DNA of 64,000 nucleotides from Bdellovibrionota bacterium (GTDB lineage Bacteria; Bdellovibrionota_C; UBA2361; JBIKWN01): NCBI GenBank assembly GCA_044356295.1, contig JBIKWN010000007.1, positions 1 to 64,000 of the forward strand, read 5' to 3'. Shown piece by piece: positions 58,763 to 64,000 of this stretch (position 1 is its first letter; each line of letters starts with the position of its first letter). The notes under the pieces were generated by a model. It saw only the letters and a program-made list of their open reading frames with translations, ran no database searches and was not told where the DNA came from. The position numbers and the translations under genes were made by a program.

Positions 58763-59821
58763 GCACATCATATAAGCATCTAATGTGCGTGAGATGAAAG
58801 AATGATCTTGGTGAGGATTAAAGTCTATTTGGGCTCGGTTTCGAACAATAATTTCTGCTTTCATGGGCAGTGCCCCGTTCGGTCCAATTTTAAATAGACC
58901 AAGCACATCAAATTGATTAGATTGGTTTTCCTGAAAAAGAATTTCTTGTAATGTTCTTAAATCAGTTTTTGAATTTACTTCCATATGTTGGGCAAATTTA
59001 AAACCTCCCCGATCGTCTTGACCCATCATCATAGAAATCGCACCAATCGTAGTTGGCTTAAGTAAAGGATTTTTCGGAAGCAGTTTTTTGGATAAGTAAT
59101 CAGTAAGTCGTTCAGGAGAGATATCGCTCTTACCACTACACACCTCATTTAAAAATGCCTCTCCAAGTACCTCCGGAGAACACTCCTCCTTAAAGAACGA
59201 AGGTGTTGCTAAAATTATACCTTTGGAAGTTCGCCGAATAGGTGCTACTAAAAATAAACTACCCTCTTCATGAAGAAAACAAAATTGAGAAATATTGATT
59301 AATCGAGGTGATGTATGTTCAAGATTTCTTTGTATTCGTATTTCAGATTCACCGCTCATCCTACTTTCATCGAGTATTCTTCTATACAGATCAGAGATAA
59401 CTCTAAAATCAATTCCAATTTGTAGCTCGGTAGGCTTGTCAGGATTATGAGGCATAGCTGCTAATTGAAAAATTTCCCCTTCAGGGTAACCATCTTCCTG
59501 AAATTTCTGTTGTTGCGCTTTGAAAGAGTTTGCCATCTGACTACCCCTCGCTATTGGACAGAGCGGTGATTTGCCCCATCCAAATTGTTCTGGATTTTCG
59601 AGGTATTGTTGAATCATTCGATGAAAAACAATTTTTATTGGCGCAGAGTCAGCAGGTATTCTTGATTCATCAGAAGTCAAAGCAATTGGCTTAACACCTG
59701 TCCTATATATATCATAAACAGTATTCTTAAGGTCAGGATCATTGCCATGAGTTAATTCAAGGAAGTCCCCAAATCCTAGCGCTCGAGTATCTTTTACGAC
59801 TGGAACAACTGCAAAACTCAC
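58739..59821 (-). CDS. Hypothetical cytoplasmic protein
   Basis: 360-codon open frame in AT-rich DNA; no signal peptide or recognised family; start uncertain. Confidence 0.6.
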   Translation of the reverse strand: MSFAVVPVVKDTRALGFGDFLELTHGNDPDLKNTVYDIYRTGVKPIALTSDESRIPADSAPIKIVFHRMIQQYLENPEQFGWGKSPLCPIARGSQMANSFKAQQQKFQEDGYPEGEIFQLAAMPHNPDKPTELQIGIDFRVISDLYRRILDESRMSGESEIRIQRNLEHTSPRLINISQFCFLHEEGSLFLVAPIRRTSKGIILATPSFFKEECSPEVLGEAFLNEVCSGKSDISPERLTDYLSKKLLPKNPLLKPTTIGAISMMMGQDDRGGFKFAQHMEVNSKTDLRTLQEILFQENQSNQFDVLGLFKIGPNGALPMKAEIIVRNRAQIDFNPHQDHSFISRTLDAYMMCLSTALSF

Positions 59822-59840
59822 GCTAGGCTACCTTTAAGAA

Positions 59841-61808
59841 ATGGAATCAATAATTAAATTTTGGAAATATATCTTTGAAAATCAAGCGTATATCTATGGA
59901 TATTGTAGCTTGCTCTGTTCACTTTTATTACTTGTCGGCACGTTCTTATTTTGCTCTAAGCGTATTTCCTGCCTAATTCTATCACTGTCATTTTTTTACG
60001 CTAGCACTGTCCCAAGTTATTTTATGCCTCTGGCACTATGTACGTGCTGCTTCCTTACACTTGTCTTGTTTATTCCACTTCCAAACCAGCGAGATTTTTA
60101 TCGAAACTCAGATGCTGAAAGAGTCACTTCGGTAGATATTTTTATTCTACTCTTAGCTATAACAATTGGTTCATTTTTAAGGTTATATAACCTATCAATT
60201 ATCACTAACGGATTTGAAGGAGAACTTTCTCCTTACTATGCAGCGTCTACTTCATTACATGGAATTTTTCGAGCTAATAAAGGAATCGATGGCCCCTGGG
60301 CACCGTTAGGGATACTTTTTTACCTTCCTGTCTATTTCTCTACACTTCTTTGGGGTTCAACAGTTTTTGCTATACGATTCTCATCGGCAATAGTTGGGAT
60401 AGCGACCATTATCATTTTATTCTTCAGCCTAAAAAAACTAACAAACTCACGAATCGCCTCAATTGCATCTCTGCTCTTTGCTCTGAATTCAATGCATATT
60501 GGTTGGAGTCGATCAGATATCCATCCACACGGTGTCACTGCTTGGCCTGGTCTTATCCTCATCCTTTGTACTTTTAATTTTTTTCTTAACCGTTCATTAA
60601 CGAATGCTTTTTTCTTAGTTTTATCGATGGGTCTTACGTGGCATCAGTATCCGTCAGGACAAGCACAGGTCATTATTCCATGGCTGATGCTTCTATTTAT
60701 TTTGCTTCTCAGTGAGTCTAGAAAAGAAATTTTCAAGGTAAAAAAAATCTTTGGGATTGTTACAGTTATTTCGATAGGAAGTTTACTCTGGTACATGGGG
60801 CTTCCAATGAGTTACTACCTTGCAGATGGAAAATGGGAATTCTTAAATCCTTTTACGTTAACAACGCAACGTGCAAGCTGGGGTAATCTAGATACAAAAG
60901 TGACACTTATTTCGCAAATTACTTTCATTGCAAAGCAAAGTTTTTTTTACTTTTTTGATTTTCTTAATAGCCTTGTATTTAAAGCACAACATATATTCCA
61001 TCAAGATTTTGTCATCAATATCCCGAATCTTTATCCTCGTACCTACCCAATATTTTTTGTTCCGTTCTTATGTTTTGGTTTAGTAATTTCTATTAAAAAC
61101 TTCAAGGCTCCGTGGGCGAAGTTATTAATCGCATTTTTCATAGCTTCTATCATTCCAGGAATTCTTTCCGAACGTCCATATCCGAAAAGAATGTCTGTTG
61201 TTTTTTTAGTCCTCGATTGCTTCTCAGCAATTGGTATCTATACCGTCTTTCATTATTTCATCACTCAAAAACCTAAAATACGATATGTAATTGGAATTTT
61301 TAGTTTCGTCGCTACAGTATTTTTTACTTGCTGGCTTTCGTTTGCGTGGTTTTCAGGTCGGCAGTACCAAATTGGTCTCCAACCAGAAAGTGCAGTTGCG
61401 AATCAAATAGCTACTGAAATACGTCCCTCAACACTTTTGATAACTGACATCGCCAAGGATTATGATGAAGGAAAACTATTCTTTCTATTAATGGATACGA
61501 TTACTAATCCAGCGTTACGGCCAATCTCTGTTCAAGCGCTCAACGAGAACAATCAGATTATAAAATTCCATTGGATTCACCACTGGACTAAATTTGCTCT
61601 ATACGAAGAAAATATTCCTAGCGAAAAATTCAATACAGTGATTTTTCTATTTCTACACAGAAATCTTTCAACTCAAGCGATTGAAGATAGGATCACGGAA
61701 CGAATGAACAGATGTTCCCAAACCGGAAGCACAAGTAAAGCATTGCATTTTCCAATTACAGGAACATTTTCTAATGAAATGTCAGCAGTCATATGCAGGA
61801 AAGAATGA
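59841..61808 (+). CDS. GT-C fold integral membrane glycosyltransferase (ArnT/PMT-like)
   Basis: Many TMs; LRLYNL....G..GE; AIRFSSAIVG; LFALNSMHIGWSR. Confidence 0.7.
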   Translation: MESIIKFWKYIFENQAYIYGYCSLLCSLLLLVGTFLFCSKRISCLILSLSFFYASTVPSYFMPLALCTCCFLTLVLFIPLPNQRDFYRNSDAERVTSVDIFILLLAITIGSFLRLYNLSIITNGFEGELSPYYAASTSLHGIFRANKGIDGPWAPLGILFYLPVYFSTLLWGSTVFAIRFSSAIVGIATIIILFFSLKKLTNSRIASIASLLFALNSMHIGWSRSDIHPHGVTAWPGLILILCTFNFFLNRSLTNAFFLVLSMGLTWHQYPSGQAQVIIPWLMLLFILLLSESRKEIFKVKKIFGIVTVISIGSLLWYMGLPMSYYLADGKWEFLNPFTLTTQRASWGNLDTKVTLISQITFIAKQSFFYFFDFLNSLVFKAQHIFHQDFVINIPNLYPRTYPIFFVPFLCFGLVISIKNFKAPWAKLLIAFFIASIIPGILSERPYPKRMSVVFLVLDCFSAIGIYTVFHYFITQKPKIRYVIGIFSFVATVFFTCWLSFAWFSGRQYQIGLQPESAVANQIATEIRPSTLLITDIAKDYDEGKLFFLLMDTITNPALRPISVQALNENNQIIKFHWIHHWTKFALYEENIPSEKFNTVIFLFLHRNLSTQAIEDRITERMNRCSQTGSTSKALHFPITGTFSNEMSAVICRKE

Positions 61809-62926
61809 ATAAAATAAAGATAATCATCCTACTCTGTTTTCTTTATGTGACAGGGTGTAGCTTTCTTTTACCTCACCATAAAGACCCAAATAGTACTCAA
61901 AACACATGGTCCTCAATCAAATTTCTTGAATCAATTGAAAATACCATCGCCTATCTTAAAAAGACTAATAAAAATACAATAACTGGAAAAGATTTTTCTA
62001 TTGATAAAGATCAGTATTTAATAGCTCTTCATGATCTTGCATCTTTTGTGAAAGATAACCCTCAACAAGACCAGATCTTAAATTATCTCGATTCCCACTT
62101 CCGTGTTGCATCAAAAGAATCAGATGCTTTCTTTACAGGATATTACACTCCGACAATTCACGGCTCACTTATAAAAACTGTTGAATTCATTTATCCAATT
62201 TACAGCAAACCTACTGATTTAGTTTCAATTCAACTCGACCCTTCAATAAGCTCAACCTTATCGAAAGAGACTCCTGTCATTAATCGCGGTCAACTAATTA
62301 AAAGAACGGTCAAAATCCCCTACTGTTCTCGTAAAGAGATTGAAACTACAGATTGCTTAAAGGGGAAAGCTCAAATTATTGCTTATGCAAAGGATCCATT
62401 AGAATTATTTTTTCTTCATATTCAAGGTTCTGGATCTATCAAACTTCCTTCCGGAGATTTGATGCATCTTTCATTCGCTGATAAGAACGGACATCCATAT
62501 CGTGCTATAGGAGCTACCATGATCGCACAAGGCAAGCTCAAAAAAGGAACTGTCACAATGCAGTCAATGAAAAAATATCTTTATCAACATTCTGATGAAG
62601 TTACTGAAATTCTGCATTCAAATCCTAGCTATGTTTTTTTAAATCTTTCGAGAGATGTGCCTCGAGGCAACCTTGGTATTCCTGTAACGGCACTTCACTC
62701 CTTTGCATCAGATCAAGCTATCGTTCCACCTGGGGTTTTGGCACTTATCGATATTGAATCATCAACTTTTTCCCTAACTTCTCATCCAATGTTTAATCAT
62801 GATATCGGTGGAGCTATCAGAGGTCGGGATAGATTCGACTTATATATTGGCTCTGATGAAAGGGCCTCTGAACTAGCAGGAAGTTTACAATCTTCAGGTC
62901 GCATCCAGTTCTTACTGCCACGTTAA
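61805..62926 (+). CDS. mltA: Membrane-bound lytic murein transglycosylase A
   Basis: Lipobox VTGC; FTGYYTP, FFLHIQGSG, NGHPYRAIG, NPSYVF, DIGGAIRG..RFDLYIG (3D domain). Confidence 0.92.
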   Translation: MNKIKIIILLCFLYVTGCSFLLPHHKDPNSTQNTWSSIKFLESIENTIAYLKKTNKNTITGKDFSIDKDQYLIALHDLASFVKDNPQQDQILNYLDSHFRVASKESDAFFTGYYTPTIHGSLIKTVEFIYPIYSKPTDLVSIQLDPSISSTLSKETPVINRGQLIKRTVKIPYCSRKEIETTDCLKGKAQIIAYAKDPLELFFLHIQGSGSIKLPSGDLMHLSFADKNGHPYRAIGATMIAQGKLKKGTVTMQSMKKYLYQHSDEVTEILHSNPSYVFLNLSRDVPRGNLGIPVTALHSFASDQAIVPPGVLALIDIESSTFSLTSHPMFNHDIGGAIRGRDRFDLYIGSDERASELAGSLQSSGRIQFLLPR

Positions 62927-63078
62927 AGATTACTAGTATAAAAATAGGTAGTACTAACAATAATATAGTAAAAATCTATACAATTTCCACTTTCGTACAT
63001 TCAATAAAAATTAGAAGATCAACGTCTTATCAGTTGTATCCTTGATTTTTTATAAAATCATTCTTATGAGTACTCATT

Positions 63079-63969
63079 ATGTTTAAAAGACTATTTCTAT
63101 TTCTAGCTACCAACATTCTCATTGTCGTTACTCTTTCAATCGTTTTAAACCTGTTGGGAGTACAACCATACCTACGACAGGGTGGAATCGATTTTTCTTC
63201 TCTTGCTGTTTTCTGTCTTGTTTGGGGTATGGGAGGAGCATTCATCTCTCTCCAGCTTTCTCGCTGGATGGCAAAAATGGCGATGGGAGTCAAAGTTATC
63301 GACCCTCAAAATCCTGGTTCAAATGCTGCAATCCTTCAGCTTGTACATAATACTGCTCGTGTTGCTCAATTGCCTGTTATGCCTGAGGTGGGAATCTATG
63401 AAAGTCCAGAGCTTAATGCCTTTGCTACTGGTCCGTCACAGAATCGCTCTTTAGTTGCTCTTTCAAGTGGTCTTCTTCAACGAATGAACAAAGAAGAGAT
63501 TGAAGGTGTCATAGCACATGAACTTGCACACATTAAAAATGGCGATATGGTTACCATGACTCTCCTTCAGGGAATTGTTAACGCATTTGTGATGTTTCTT
63601 GCTCGAATCATTGCTTTTGTAGCTTCTCAATCTGTTAAAGAAGAATCTCGAGGAATTGTAAACTTCTTTGTTGTTATTATACTTGAGATTGGTCTTAGTA
63701 TGCTTGGAATGCTTGTCGTGATGAGTTTTTCACGTCACCGAGAATTTAAAGCAGATGCTGGAGCTGCCAAATTTGTTGGTTCACATAAAATGATAGCTGG
63801 GCTTGAAGCTTTAAAACGGTACTACAATAAAATACCAACCGATGACACTGCACACTCACTTGCAACCTTAAAAATCAGTGGTAGTAAGAGTTGGTTTAAG
63901 CTCTTTTCCTCACATCCAGAACTTGATGACCGTATCAAAGCTCTTCAAACTGGTCAGTATGCAGTTTAA
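63079..63969 (+). CDS. htpX: Membrane zinc metalloprotease HtpX
   Basis: KRLFLFLATN, FISLQLSRWMAK, NAFATG, AHELAHIKNGDMVT (HEXXH), FSRHREF.AD, SHP.L..RI. Confidence 0.96.
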   Translation: MFKRLFLFLATNILIVVTLSIVLNLLGVQPYLRQGGIDFSSLAVFCLVWGMGGAFISLQLSRWMAKMAMGVKVIDPQNPGSNAAILQLVHNTARVAQLPVMPEVGIYESPELNAFATGPSQNRSLVALSSGLLQRMNKEEIEGVIAHELAHIKNGDMVTMTLLQGIVNAFVMFLARIIAFVASQSVKEESRGIVNFFVVIILEIGLSMLGMLVVMSFSRHREFKADAGAAKFVGSHKMIAGLEALKRYYNKIPTDDTAHSLATLKISGSKSWFKLFSSHPELDDRIKALQTGQYAV

Positions 63970-64000
63970 TTAGAACCTAAACGACATAAATTGGTATACT

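Overview
AT-rich bacterial chromosomal segment with no rRNA, tRNA, CRISPR array or complete mobile element that I can see. The flgF-G-A-H-I-J-M-N order, a sigma54 flagellar promoter and a myxobacterial-style FliA-like sigma suggest a deltaproteobacteria-like lineage (Bdellovibrionota/Myxococcota relatives; inference only). Recognisable modules: GT4 glycosyltransferases; a persulfide-response operon (ArsR/BigR-type regulator, rhodanese, CoA-disulfide reductase-rhodanese); a cobalamin-riboswitch-controlled btuBFDC operon; a Xer-like recombinase; a GNAT + carbon-nitrogen hydrolase pair; secreted Thr/Pro-linker proteins and two S8 subtilases; an M16 peptidase pair; fabD; a flagellar rod/ring operon; dapD; an oleA-oleBC-oleD olefin cluster with fused OleBC; pabAB; mltA; htpX. 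The most unusual element is a compact non-flagellar type III secretion-like operon at 52242-57223 (FliA-like sigma, SctJ, SpoA/SctQ-like, needle/rod-like small protein, SctV, TPR lipoprotein, small unknown). It lacks the other core T3SS genes in this window and lies near two orphan genes, one an N-terminally extended Mesh1-like HD hydrolase that could be an effector.
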